The notes under the pieces: generated by a model
The model's database searches: none
What the model was told of the DNA's origin: nothing
Seen by the model: the letters and a program-made list of their open reading frames with translations, nothing else
Shown here: in pieces, positions 11,863 to 21,411 of the stretch
Layout of the letters: the number at the start of each line of letters is the position of its first letter
Numbering within the stretch: the stretch's first letter is position 1
Translations under genes and position numbers: made by a program
NCBI GenBank assembly: GCA_965199955.1
Contig: CBDATQ010000002.1
Coordinates: 1,280,001-1,344,000, forward strand
Length of the DNA: 64,000 nucleotides
Direction: 5' to 3'
Origin: Spirochaetia bacterium
GTDB lineage: Bacteria; Spirochaetota; Spirochaetia; SZUA-6; Bin103

Positions 11863-12651
11863 ATGGCTGACGTTGCGTTCTCGGTGTTCACCAAGCACTG
11901 GAAGGCGGTGCCGCTCGGGCGGCTCGCCGAGTTGGTGCGAGGGATGGGATTCGAGGGGGTCGAGTTGCCGGTGCGCCCCGGCTTTCAGGTGGCGCCCGAA
12001 CACGCGGGCCGGGACCTGCCGGTGGCGGCCCGGCAGCTTGCTGACGCGGGCGTGCCGATCCGGAGCGTGGCTACGACCGCGGACGAGTCCACGATCATGG
12101 CCTGCGCGGACGCCGGCGTGCCGCTGCTCCGTATCATGGCGCCGGTCCGGACGGACGAAAGCTATACCGGTGCCGAGGAGCGGTACCGGCGCGAGTTCGA
12201 CGCGCTGCTGCCGGTGCTGGACCGCGCGGGCGTGACCCTCGGGGTGCAGAACCACGCGGGCAGGGAAGTGGCGAACGCGGTCGGCCTTCGCAGCCTGATC
12301 GGCCGCTACGACCCGCGGCACGTCGCCGCGGTCTGGGACGCCGGGCACGAGGCGCTGGCCGGGAACGAGCCGGAGCTGGCGATCGACGTCGTCTGGCCGC
12401 ACCTGCGCCTGGTGAACCTCAAGAACGCGATCTGGCTGCAGACCGCCGAGGCGGGCGCCGCGAGTGCCGAGTGGTCTGCCTACTGGACCGCCGGCCGCCT
12501 GGGACTCAGCCCCTGGCCGCGCGTGGCAGCCGAGCTGCGGCGGCGGGGCTACGCCGGCACCGTGTGCCTCACCGGCGAGTACAGCGGCGCAGTATCGGTC
12601 GAACGGCAGGCAGCCGAGGATCTGGCGTTCGCACGGACGCTCTTCGCGTAG
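11863..12651 (+). CDS. Sugar phosphate isomerase/epimerase (AP endonuclease 2 TIM barrel)
   Basis: GFEGVELPVR, VQNH, WDAGH, NLKN. Confidence 0.85.
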   Translation: MADVAFSVFTKHWKAVPLGRLAELVRGMGFEGVELPVRPGFQVAPEHAGRDLPVAARQLADAGVPIRSVATTADESTIMACADAGVPLLRIMAPVRTDESYTGAEERYRREFDALLPVLDRAGVTLGVQNHAGREVANAVGLRSLIGRYDPRHVAAVWDAGHEALAGNEPELAIDVVWPHLRLVNLKNAIWLQTAEAGAASAEWSAYWTAGRLGLSPWPRVAAELRRRGYAGTVCLTGEYSGAVSVERQAAEDLAFARTLFA

Positions 12652-12707
12652 CCGTCTGCGTTTGACGGTGCGGGCCGCCGTGCTCATGCTCGGTCGAGGG
12701 GGATGAC

Positions 12708-13781
12708 ATGAGTCAGAGCGACAGCGCGGTGCTCCGCGTGGCGGTGGCCGGCTGCCACCGTCAGGTCACAGGGCGCCCCGGATCCCACAACTGGGCGACG
12801 GCGTTTGCCCAGGTGCCGGAGACACGGGTGGTGGCGGTCTACGATCGGGGAGCCGACACGCGCGCCGAGTTCCGTGCCGCCTGGCAGGCGACGTGGGGGG
12901 ACATCGCCGCCTACGACGACTACGGGCGGATGCTCGAAGAGGTGCGCCCCGACATCGTCTGCATCGCCACCCGGCAGACCCATCACGCCACCCAGATCGC
13001 GCAGGCCGCGGTCGCCGGGGTGCGCGGGGTCCTGTGCGACAAGCCGTTCGTCACCACGCTCGCCGAGGCGGACGCCGCCCTGGATGCCTGCCGGCAGGCC
13101 GGTGTGGCCATCGCGTGCGGCACCGAGATGCGCTGGGACGTGGCCTACGGCCTGCTGGCGCAGCGCCTGCGCGACGGGCTGGTCGGCGACGTGCAGACCA
13201 TCGTTGGCTACGGGGCGCCCAACCTGATTTTCCATGGCTGCCACTGGTATGACACCGCGCTGCTGCTGGCGGGCGATCCGGAACCGCTATGGGTGAGCGG
13301 CCGGGTGGACGCGGTGGCCGCCGACGAGCCCGACGAAGGGCGCCGCCTCGACCCGCCGGGCCGTGCCTGGGTAGGGCTGGACAACGGGGTGCTGCTGACG
13401 CTGCTGCCGGAGGGCGATGGCCGGGGCTTCTCGGCGATCGGCAGCGGCGGCCGCCTGGAGATCGTCAATGACGCCCACCAGGCGTATCTGTGGGAGGCGA
13501 CGGCTGGCGGGCGCGGAGCCGACCGCCTCGCCGCAGCACCGGCCGCGCTGGAGGTGCCGCAACCCGACGCCGCGTGGCCGCGCGGTGCCACCCTGGTGCG
13601 TGACGTGGCACAGGCGGTGCGCACCGGCGGCGCCACGCAGGGCGACGTGCCGCACATCCGGCGCGCTACCGAGATCGGCTTCGCCATCCACGAGTCGCAT
13701 GCCGCCGGCGGCGCGCCCGTCAACCTGCCGGTAACGCACCGCACCCGGCGCATCGACCCCCGTCCCTGGGGCAACGACTGA
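12708..13781 (+). CDS. Gfo/Idh/MocA oxidoreductase
   Basis: PDIVCIAT, CDKP, HGCHWYD. Confidence 0.85.
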   Translation: MSQSDSAVLRVAVAGCHRQVTGRPGSHNWATAFAQVPETRVVAVYDRGADTRAEFRAAWQATWGDIAAYDDYGRMLEEVRPDIVCIATRQTHHATQIAQAAVAGVRGVLCDKPFVTTLAEADAALDACRQAGVAIACGTEMRWDVAYGLLAQRLRDGLVGDVQTIVGYGAPNLIFHGCHWYDTALLLAGDPEPLWVSGRVDAVAADEPDEGRRLDPPGRAWVGLDNGVLLTLLPEGDGRGFSAIGSGGRLEIVNDAHQAYLWEATAGGRGADRLAAAPAALEVPQPDAAWPRGATLVRDVAQAVRTGGATQGDVPHIRRATEIGFAIHESHAAGGAPVNLPVTHRTRRIDPRPWGND

Positions 13782-13795
13782 ACTTCGGGTAGCCG

Positions 13796-14266
13796 CTACC
13801 AGCACCCCAGCAGGCGCCGCAGCAGCACGATCTGCCCGACGTGATAGGCGTTGTGGTCGGCCAGCACCAGCGCCTCGCGCAGCAAAGTCTGTCCGGTACC
13901 GTGCGGGATGCGCCGGCACAGGTCCGCCTGCGGGTCTCTGATCAGCGCGATCATCGCGTCGCGGTCGGCCAGGAACGCGTCGACGCTGCGCTGCCAGGCG
14001 CCGGCGGGTGGCGCCGCGGTGTCGGGCCAGTAGCCGTCCGGAAACGCGGGCGACACGTGGGCGGCATCGCGGCTGAACTCCAGGATGTCCCACTGCGCGA
14101 TGCGCAGGTGTTCGAGCTGCTGCCACAGGGAGGAGGAGGCGCCTTCAGGGACGACGCCGCGCAGGTCGTCGGGCACGTCGGCCACGGCCCGCGCAAACGG
14201 CAGGTGGGCGCCGCGCCCGGACAGCAGTTCCTCCGCGTGCTCGCGCACGGACTCGTCACTCTTCAT
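13796..14266 (-). CDS. DinB family protein
   Basis: LEHLRIAQWDIL and DHNAYH His triad. Confidence 0.85.
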   Translation of the reverse strand: MKSDESVREHAEELLSGRGAHLPFARAVADVPDDLRGVVPEGASSSLWQQLEHLRIAQWDILEFSRDAAHVSPAFPDGYWPDTAAPPAGAWQRSVDAFLADRDAMIALIRDPQADLCRRIPHGTGQTLLREALVLADHNAYHVGQIVLLRRLLGCW

Positions 14267-14669
14267 CGCCGCCCTCGGTTCCGGCCGTCACCACGGCGTC
14301 CACCTCGATCTCCACCAGGTGCTCGGGGAGCATGAGGCCGGACACCTCGGCCATGGTCATGGCCGGCCGGACGGTGCCGAGCAACTCGGCGTGGGCGCGG
14401 CCCACGGGGTCGGCATGGCCGATGTCGGTCACGTAGTAGCGGGCCCGCACCACGTCGGCAAGCGAGGCTCCCACGTCGGTGAGCGCCCGTTCGATCTTGC
14501 GCAGGATGAAGATCGTCTGGCCGTACGGGTCGCCGGCGGCCACCGGTTTGCCGTCATCGCCGGTGGCGCTGGTGCCGGCCACGAACACCTGGTCGCCGAC
14601 GCGCAGGGCGCGCGAGTAGCCGTAGCGCTCCTCCCAGGGAGCGCCGGAAGACGTGTGTTGCCTCTTCAT
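14256..14669 (-). CDS. RidA/YjgF family protein
   Basis: GYSRALRVGD, VEIEVDA. Confidence 0.9.
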   Translation of the reverse strand: MKRQHTSSGAPWEERYGYSRALRVGDQVFVAGTSATGDDGKPVAAGDPYGQTIFILRKIERALTDVGASLADVVRARYYVTDIGHADPVGRAHAELLGTVRPAMTMAEVSGLMLPEHLVEIEVDAVVTAGTEGGDEE

Positions 14670-15754
14670 GAGGGTCCTCCTCGCCAGCGGTTGACGCCGG
14701 CCGCGCGCAGCCGCTCGACGGCCGGCCGCATGTGCGCCGCCAGCCGTTCGCCCATCTCCAGCATGCCGTGATCGCCGGGATGGATCATGTCCACGCACAG
14801 GCCGCCGAGATCTGTCAGGATCGACGGCCCGGGCACCAGCTCGATGCGTGCCCCCGCGCCGTCCGCCCGCAGCCGGGCGACGACTCGCTCCAGCGCCAGC
14901 CGGAACTCCTCCGGCGGCGCGGTGGACCCGGCCAGCACGTCCGACCAGTCGCCGTAGTAGGGGTAGATGGTGATGCAGAAGACCGGTCGGACAGGATTGG
15001 CTTCCGCTACCTGTTGTACCAGGCAAGTAGTCCGTCGGGTGAATTCCTCGATCGTGAACCCGCGTCCGATCATGTTTACCGACAGCGCGAGCGTCGCCAC
15101 GTCCCAGTCGGCGCGTCCGCCGATGTGCTCGCCGAAGGCCGGCTCGCACAGGCATGCGCCGCCGACCCCCAGGTTGATCAGGTCGACGCCCAGGCGCCAC
15201 GCGGCCTGCGCCACGTAGGTCAGGTGGAAGGCGGTCGCCACCGAGCCGTGCGTGATCGAGGTGCCGTAGGAGAGCATGGTGAGGTCGGGCAGCTCGGCGG
15301 CGGCGGGCGGGCGCACGTCGCCCTGGATGTCGTGCAGAGCGAAGATCCCGCGGAACAGCACGACCCGCACCACGCGCGGATGGAACGGCATCGCCGCCGC
15401 CAGGTCATCCGGAATCGAGTCGTAGGCGCGCCGCTGGTCGTCGCCGATGCTGATTTCGATGGTGGTGGGTTCGGTGCCGATCGGACGGACGTGCGGGCGG
15501 CCGGCCAGCGGGCCGAAGAACACGTGCGCGGTCGGCTGGAACTCCTGCAAACCGTCCGCGGACAGTGTCAGCCGAGCCGATGGTCCGCACAGCACGAAGC
15601 GGATCTCGGCCCCGGCCGCGAGCAGCGTCTTCTCCTGGGCCGGCGGCTCCAGACGGGCGCGTACCTGCTCGGTGACCCGCTGCAGCCGCACCGACCCGTC
15701 GGGCTGCTTCACGGCCTCTTCGATGCCGTGAAGCGTCACGTCGTGGTACCTCAT
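14666..15754 (-). CDS. SGNH/GDSL hydrolase
   Basis: YGTSITHG, NLGVGG, SVN, DMIHP. Confidence 0.85.
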   Translation of the reverse strand: MRYHDVTLHGIEEAVKQPDGSVRLQRVTEQVRARLEPPAQEKTLLAAGAEIRFVLCGPSARLTLSADGLQEFQPTAHVFFGPLAGRPHVRPIGTEPTTIEISIGDDQRRAYDSIPDDLAAAMPFHPRVVRVVLFRGIFALHDIQGDVRPPAAAELPDLTMLSYGTSITHGSVATAFHLTYVAQAAWRLGVDLINLGVGGACLCEPAFGEHIGGRADWDVATLALSVNMIGRGFTIEEFTRRTTCLVQQVAEANPVRPVFCITIYPYYGDWSDVLAGSTAPPEEFRLALERVVARLRADGAGARIELVPGPSILTDLGGLCVDMIHPGDHGMLEMGERLAAHMRPAVERLRAAGVNRWRGGPS

Positions 15755-15971
15755 GTGGAGGGCAGTATGAGGCTTGGGAACCCGTCGCGCGACATCTTCC
15801 GTCGGAGCGGGCAAACTTGCAGACGTGGAACCGTGTCAAGAGTGGGATTATTTGGCACACAAGGGAACATATTGCCCATATGAGTAGCATAATGACACGA
15901 TCAACCGAAGAAAGAGAGCTCAGCTACCCCGTGGTTGGATCGCGAAGCTCACGATCTAATTAAATTATGTG

Positions 15972-15984
15972 AAATGATTTGATT
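15972..15984 (-). promoter_or_regulatory. IHF-like binding site
   Basis: Minus strand AATCAAATCATTT versus consensus WATCAANNNNTTR (1 mismatch), in an AT-rich tract just upstream of the sigma54 motif. Confidence 0.45.
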
Positions 15985-16010
15985 CCTTTTTCTTTGTTTC
16001 GATTGCAAGA

Positions 16011-16027
16011 TTGGCACGAGTTCTGCT
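16011..16027 (+). promoter_or_regulatory. Sigma54 (RpoN) -24/-12 promoter of hsp20
   Basis: TTGGCACGAGTTCTGCT: GG-N10-GC with TGGCACG core. Confidence 0.75.
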
Positions 16028-16071
16028 TTATGGATGGTATGAGAAACAACCTCAACCACAGGAGGAACGAC

Positions 16072-16497
16072 ATGAGGAATCTCGTACCGTATCGACCCGG
16101 CCGCTTGAGCATCTTCGACGGTCTGGACCAGATCTTCGACTCGGTCTTCACCGAGCCGGTCTGGCGCACCGGCGCCCCGGCGGTCGACATCCGCGAAGAG
16201 GATGACGGCTACCTGGTGCAGGCGGAGCTGCCCGGCGTCGCCGAGAAGGACCTGAAGGTCAGCGTCGACGACAACGTGCTGACCATCTCGGCCAGGACCG
16301 GCAAGGACTCCGAGCGCAAGGCCGACGGCTACCTGGTCCGCGAGCGCCGCCACGCGGCGTACACGCGCAGATTTGTGCTGCCGCGTGACTCGGACCACGA
16401 GGGCGTGAGCGCCTCGTTCGAGGACGGACTGCTGACGCTGACCGTCCCCAAGACCGAGGCGAGCAAGGCCCGCCAGATTCCGGTCAACGCCACGTAG
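16072..16497 (+). CDS. Hsp20/alpha-crystallin small heat shock protein
   Basis: AELPGV, ERRHAAYTRRFVLP, ASFEDGLLTLTVPK; AGGAGG RBS. Confidence 0.95.
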   Translation: MRNLVPYRPGRLSIFDGLDQIFDSVFTEPVWRTGAPAVDIREEDDGYLVQAELPGVAEKDLKVSVDDNVLTISARTGKDSERKADGYLVRERRHAAYTRRFVLPRDSDHEGVSASFEDGLLTLTVPKTEASKARQIPVNAT

Positions 16498-16513
16498 CAC
16501 CGGGGATCACACC

Positions 16514-16554
16514 CACGAAAGCCCCACCGGCTCCGGCCGGCCGGGGCTTTCGTG
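16514..16554 (+). terminator. Intrinsic terminator-like hairpin after hsp20
   Basis: CACGAAAGCCCC...GGGGCTTTCGTG inverted repeat. Confidence 0.7.
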
Positions 16555-16603
16555 CATTGAGGGCACGGAGGCGCCACGGCCAACAGATTGCTACGCTGTC
16601 GAC

Positions 16604-19105
16604 ATGACGGATTATCAGCCGGTCGAACTGGAGCGCATCTGCAACGCGGGCGTCGACGCGCTGCCGCAACTCGATCACGAGCCGCCGGTCGGCAGGCAGC
16701 TCTTTCAGGGCCTGCTGTTCGAGGTTGGCGGGCGGCAGCCGGCGACGGAGCGCTGCCTCGTCCGCTGCGAGCCGGACTCGGGGCCGGTGACGATCCCGAT
16801 CGGCCGCGCCTGCCACACGGTCGTGGTGGCGCACGCCCTGACCGAGAGCAGGCTGATGGAGGGCGGCCCGCTCGGCCGGCCGGTCGCCACTTACACGTTC
16901 CGCGCCGCCGCCGGCGTGGAAGCGGCCGACGCCGTGGCGATCCGCGAGCGGTTCGAGATCGCCGCGCCGTTTCGCGACCGCCCGTTCACGGCGGTCGAGC
17001 ACCAGGGCGAGTTCCTGCATCCGCGCTACGAGGGTCCCTGGGAGGAGGCCGGCCGCCGCCAGACCGAGGCGTCGCGCGGGCCGGCCACCTACTTCCTCTG
17101 GGCATGGCGCAACCCCGATCCCGAGCGGGTCGTCGAGGAGCTGGTCATCGAGCCCGCTGCCGGCGGGCCGGCGTTCATCATCGCTGGCGTCACCACCGGC
17201 CATGTCGACGAGCACCCGTTCACGCGACAGGGCCGGCGCGACGTCAAGGTCACGCTGACCGATCCGGAGGCGGCCCGGCGGCCGTTCGACCTGGACGTGA
17301 CCGTCGACCGAGGCATCGCCACCTACGTGCACGCGCTGCCGGAGGCGGACGCTGAGGCGTTCGTCACCGACGGCCGCGCCGGCTGGGGAGAGGCGCAGAA
17401 CCCGGCGTCCAGCCCCGCGTACACGGAGATCGCGGCCACGCCGTCGGCCACCGTCGATGTCACCCAGGGCGGCAGCTCCCTCGGCAAGGTGCGCTGGGGC
17501 GACGTGCAGGAGCGCGGCAGCGCCGAGGACGGCCGCGTGCGGGTCGAGCTGCTGGACGGCGGACGCAACTGGGTGCACGTGACCGTGCTCGACGAGGGCA
17601 CCGGCAAGCCGGTGCCATGCCGGGTGCACTTCCGCTCGCCGGCCGGCGTTCCCTTCCAGCCGCACGGCCACCACAACCAGGTCAACTCCAACAACGACAC
17701 CTGGCACATCGACGTGGGCGGCGACGTGCGCATGGGCCAGGCCATCTACGCCTACATCGACGGCCGCTGCCAGGGATGGCTGCCGCGCGGCGACGTGATC
17801 GTCGACGTGGCGCGCGGCTTCGAGTACGAGCCGCTGCGCACCCGCGTCCGCATCGAGCCCGGCCAGCGCGAGCTCACCCTTCGGCTCAAGCGCTGGACGG
17901 ACATGAACGCGCAGGGATGGTACTCCGGCGACTCGCACGTCCACTTCCTGTCCGCGCAGGGCAGCCATACCGAGTCGCAGGGCGAGGACCTGAACGTGGT
18001 CAACCTGCTGCAGTCGCAGTGGGGGAGCCTGTTCACCAACACCGAGGAGTTCACCGGCGGCGCGAGCGTCCACCAGCAGGGCAACAACATCGTCTACGTC
18101 AGCCAGGAGAACCGGCAGCACTTCCTGGGACACCTGATCCTCTGGGGCCTCAAGGAGCCGGTGATGCCGTGGTGCTCGGACGGCCCGGGCGAGGCGGAGC
18201 CGGGCGGCAGCCTGGACGTGACCATGAGCGACTGGGCCGACCAGACCCACGCGCAGGGCGGCCACGTGATCATCCCGCACCTGCCCAATCCGAACGGCGA
18301 GCCGGCCGCGCTCATCGCCACCGGCCGCGCCGACGGCGTGGAGATGCTGCGGCAGGGCGAGTTCAACCACCTGGAGTACTATCGCTACCTCAACTGCGGC
18401 TACCGGCTGCCCCTGGTCGGCGGCACCGACAAGATGTCCAGCGACGTGCCGATCGGCCTGTACCGGACCTACGCGCAGGTGGGCGACCAGCAGGAGTTCA
18501 CCTACCGCGCCTGGTGCGACACCGTGAAGGAGGGGCGTACGTTCCTGAGCGGCGGCCCGCTGATCGGCATCACCGTCGACGGCGCCGGCATCGGGGATAC
18601 GCTGCGGCTGTCGGCGTCGGGCACCGTGGAGGTGCACGCCTGGGCGGAGAGCATCCTGCCGATCCACACGCTGCAGATCGTGCAGGAGGGCCGGGTGGTG
18701 GCGCAGGCGGACGCCGGCGCAAGCGGGCCGGGGCGCCGGCTGGAGCTGTGCGAAAAGGTGAAGGTCGACGGCCATAGCTGGCTGGCGGCCCGTGTCGGCG
18801 GCCCCGGCTACGGCCAGGTCGATCACCACGACGGCTGGCAGCGTGGCATCTTCGCCCACACTTCGCCCGTGTATGTCGCGGTCGGCGGCGACTGGTGGAT
18901 GTTCGACCGCGAGGCGGCCGAGTACATGCTCACCCTCATCGACGGCTGCCTGAACTACGTGCGCCACACCGCACCGTTGCGCCCCGACGCGGAGACGACG
19001 TTCCACCACGGCGAACCCGACCACCTGGCCTACCTGGAGCGGCCCTTCCAGCAGGCGCGCGAGGCCATTCACCGCCGCATGCACCAACTCGGCATCCCGC
19101 ATTGA
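16604..19105 (+). CDS. CehA/McbA-like PHP-domain metallohydrolase
   Basis: WYSGDSHVH, QENRQH, GGTDK, AHTSPVYV. Confidence 0.8.
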   Translation: MTDYQPVELERICNAGVDALPQLDHEPPVGRQLFQGLLFEVGGRQPATERCLVRCEPDSGPVTIPIGRACHTVVVAHALTESRLMEGGPLGRPVATYTFRAAAGVEAADAVAIRERFEIAAPFRDRPFTAVEHQGEFLHPRYEGPWEEAGRRQTEASRGPATYFLWAWRNPDPERVVEELVIEPAAGGPAFIIAGVTTGHVDEHPFTRQGRRDVKVTLTDPEAARRPFDLDVTVDRGIATYVHALPEADAEAFVTDGRAGWGEAQNPASSPAYTEIAATPSATVDVTQGGSSLGKVRWGDVQERGSAEDGRVRVELLDGGRNWVHVTVLDEGTGKPVPCRVHFRSPAGVPFQPHGHHNQVNSNNDTWHIDVGGDVRMGQAIYAYIDGRCQGWLPRGDVIVDVARGFEYEPLRTRVRIEPGQRELTLRLKRWTDMNAQGWYSGDSHVHFLSAQGSHTESQGEDLNVVNLLQSQWGSLFTNTEEFTGGASVHQQGNNIVYVSQENRQHFLGHLILWGLKEPVMPWCSDGPGEAEPGGSLDVTMSDWADQTHAQGGHVIIPHLPNPNGEPAALIATGRADGVEMLRQGEFNHLEYYRYLNCGYRLPLVGGTDKMSSDVPIGLYRTYAQVGDQQEFTYRAWCDTVKEGRTFLSGGPLIGITVDGAGIGDTLRLSASGTVEVHAWAESILPIHTLQIVQEGRVVAQADAGASGPGRRLELCEKVKVDGHSWLAARVGGPGYGQVDHHDGWQRGIFAHTSPVYVAVGGDWWMFDREAAEYMLTLIDGCLNYVRHTAPLRPDAETTFHHGEPDHLAYLERPFQQAREAIHRRMHQLGIPH

Positions 19106-19124
19106 TTATCGTGAGCCGGATGCG

Positions 19125-20135
19125 ATGGAGGAGGTGACGGCTACCGCGAGCGCTGCCGACTTCGACCCGGGACGGACGCCGCGCGGCGGCAAGAGCCGTA
19201 CCTCCCTGGTGGTCGATCACCTGCCTGACGGCCAGCCGCTGGCGTTTCCGGCGCTGGTCTGCCGCGGCGCCGAGCCCGGCAGGACGCTGCTGGCCACCGG
19301 CGTCATCCACGGCGACGAGTACGAGGGGGCGCTGGCCATCCAGGACCTGTTCGCAGAGCTCGGGCCGGAGCGGATGTCCGGGACCTTCATCGGCATCCCG
19401 GTCGTGAACGGCCCGGCGTTCACCGCCGGAACGCGCACCGGCAGCCACGACCACAAGGACTTGGCGCGAGTCTTTCCCGGCGATGCCGGCGGCTCGCCGA
19501 CCGAGCGCATTGCGCACGCGCTCGCAGAGTACGTCATCCCCCGCGCGGACCTGTACGCGGACCTGCACTCGGCCGGCAACGACGCCCGCATCAAGCAGTT
19601 CGCCGGGTATCAGATCCGGCAGGAGCTGGGCGCGACCCAGCGCGAGGCCGCGATCGCCTTCGGGCTGGACTTGGTGTGGGGGACGGTCGTCCTGCCCGGC
19701 CGAAGCCTGTCGGCCGCCGGCGAGAAGCGGGTGCCGGCGATCTACGTGGAGCTGGAAGGCGAGGGGCGCGGCCGGCCGGAGAGTTGCGCGACGGCGCTCC
19801 AGGGCCTGCGCAACCTGCTTGCCTACCTGGACATCGTGGCCGGCGACCACCCGAGCGGCCGGCCGCCGTTCCTGGTCGAGGACGAACGCGAAGGCTCGGG
19901 CGACATGAACCTGGACGCCCATGCGCCCACCTCCGGGCTGTTCCTGCCGGACGTCGCGGTCTGGGACCGGGTTGCCGCCGGCGACCGCCTGGGGGTGGTG
20001 CGCCGCGCGGACGGCCAGGTGGCCGCCGAGGTGCGCTCGACGAAGAACGGGCGGGTGCTGCTGCTGCGCACCCGTCCGCGCGTGATCACCGGCGACACCG
20101 TCGCCTGCGTCATCGAGGTCGACGAGCCGGAGTAG
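19125..20135 (+). CDS. Succinylglutamate desuccinylase/aspartoacylase family (M14-like)
   Basis: IHGDEYEG, DLARVFPG, DLHSAG. Confidence 0.85.
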   Translation: MEEVTATASAADFDPGRTPRGGKSRTSLVVDHLPDGQPLAFPALVCRGAEPGRTLLATGVIHGDEYEGALAIQDLFAELGPERMSGTFIGIPVVNGPAFTAGTRTGSHDHKDLARVFPGDAGGSPTERIAHALAEYVIPRADLYADLHSAGNDARIKQFAGYQIRQELGATQREAAIAFGLDLVWGTVVLPGRSLSAAGEKRVPAIYVELEGEGRGRPESCATALQGLRNLLAYLDIVAGDHPSGRPPFLVEDEREGSGDMNLDAHAPTSGLFLPDVAVWDRVAAGDRLGVVRRADGQVAAEVRSTKNGRVLLLRTRPRVITGDTVACVIEVDEPE

Positions 20136-20170
20136 CAGCGTACCGTCGTCACCGCCGAGTGACGTGGCCG

Positions 20171-21310
20171 CTACGGCAGGGCCCGTTCAACGCAGAAGGT
20201 CCAGAACGGCAGAACTCTCGTGTCGGTGTCGGCGTCGCCGAAGTCGGCGGTGCCCAGGTGCACCTGGAAGAATCGGGGTATCGCCGTCCGCTCGCGGAAA
20301 TAGCGGCATGCCGGCGCGGCTCTTCGATCTCCGCTCTTGCATTCGACGGCGAACTCGGGGTGGCCGTCGCGGAGCACGACGAAGTCGATCTCGCGTCCGT
20401 CGGTGTCGCGTACGAAGCGCAACTCCATCGCATGCCCCTGCGTGTCCTCGATCAGATGGCAGTACTTCAGCAGGTGGCCGGCCACCAGGTTCTCGAAGCG
20501 GGGTCCCGGATCGTCCACCCGCGACCAGTCCCAGAAGTAGAGCTTCCGCTCCTTGCGGACGGCCCGGATCCTGGCGGACCCGAACGGCGCAAGCCGGTAG
20601 CAGAGGTAGAGCCGCTCGAACGCCGAGATCCAGCGTTCGACGCTCTCATGCGACGCCTGCAGGAGCGTGCGGAGACGGTTGACCGAGAGCGGCGCTCCGA
20701 CGCAGGACGGCAGATGGGCGAGCAGCAGGTCCAGTCGTGTCACCTCCCGGACCTGCTCCAGGTCACGCAGATCCTCGTGGACCACCCGCTCCGAGTGCTC
20801 GCGCAGCCAGCGGCGGTGGAACCGCTCCTCGCCGCGCAGGAACGGCTCGGGGAAGCCCCCGAAGCGGAGCAGATGGGCGACCGACTGCGCGTCCGGACGG
20901 CGGCCGCACTCCGCCAGCGAAAACGGATGCAGGCGGTAGTAGTGGTAACGGCCCTGCAGCGAATCGCCGCCCTTGCGGTAGTAGTCCAGGCGGGCGGAGC
21001 CGGTCACCAGAAATGAGAGCGACGACCGGTGTTTGTCGTAGAGCCCCTTGATCAGTCCGCGCCACCCGGCGTACTTGTGCAGCTCGTCGAAGATGACGAG
21101 ACGCTGGCGTGGTGGGAGCCGCGCGGCAAGGATCGCCTCCCGGTCGTCCAGGTAGTCCCAGTTCAGGTACGCCGGTGAGGACTCGTCGCTCCCGTGCGGC
21201 AGCAGCGACAGGGCGAAGATGGTCTTGCCGACTTGGCGCGGACCGCCCACGAACACCATGCGTTCGGCAAGGTCCGAGGTCACCGGCTCGGCGATGTATC
21301 TATGGGTCAT
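20171..21310 (-). CDS. AAA_14 ATPase with DUF4143 domain
   Basis: GPRQVGKT, IFDELHK, VTGSA, GGFPEP, KLYFWD, REIDFV. Confidence 0.9.
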   Translation of the reverse strand: MTHRYIAEPVTSDLAERMVFVGGPRQVGKTIFALSLLPHGSDESSPAYLNWDYLDDREAILAARLPPRQRLVIFDELHKYAGWRGLIKGLYDKHRSSLSFLVTGSARLDYYRKGGDSLQGRYHYYRLHPFSLAECGRRPDAQSVAHLLRFGGFPEPFLRGEERFHRRWLREHSERVVHEDLRDLEQVREVTRLDLLLAHLPSCVGAPLSVNRLRTLLQASHESVERWISAFERLYLCYRLAPFGSARIRAVRKERKLYFWDWSRVDDPGPRFENLVAGHLLKYCHLIEDTQGHAMELRFVRDTDGREIDFVVLRDGHPEFAVECKSGDRRAAPACRYFRERTAIPRFFQVHLGTADFGDADTDTRVLPFWTFCVERALP

Positions 21311-21411
21311 CCCGGCAGCGGCCTGCACATGAGTGTTTTCATGTATGCCAGAATATATTCATGAGCATTTTCTGGTAAATCTGAAAACGCTAACGGAGTG
21401 GGCCGGGTCGT

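Noticed and set aside
15852..15868. Second sigma54 motif (TTGGCACAC)
   Set aside because: No GC at the -12 position (GG-N10-AA).
16484..19102. Long antisense or overlapping ORFs (872 aa here; also 22016-24793, 7302-9077, 61618-63828)
   Set aside because: Shadow ORFs of high-GC codon bias opposite clear genes; no family motifs.
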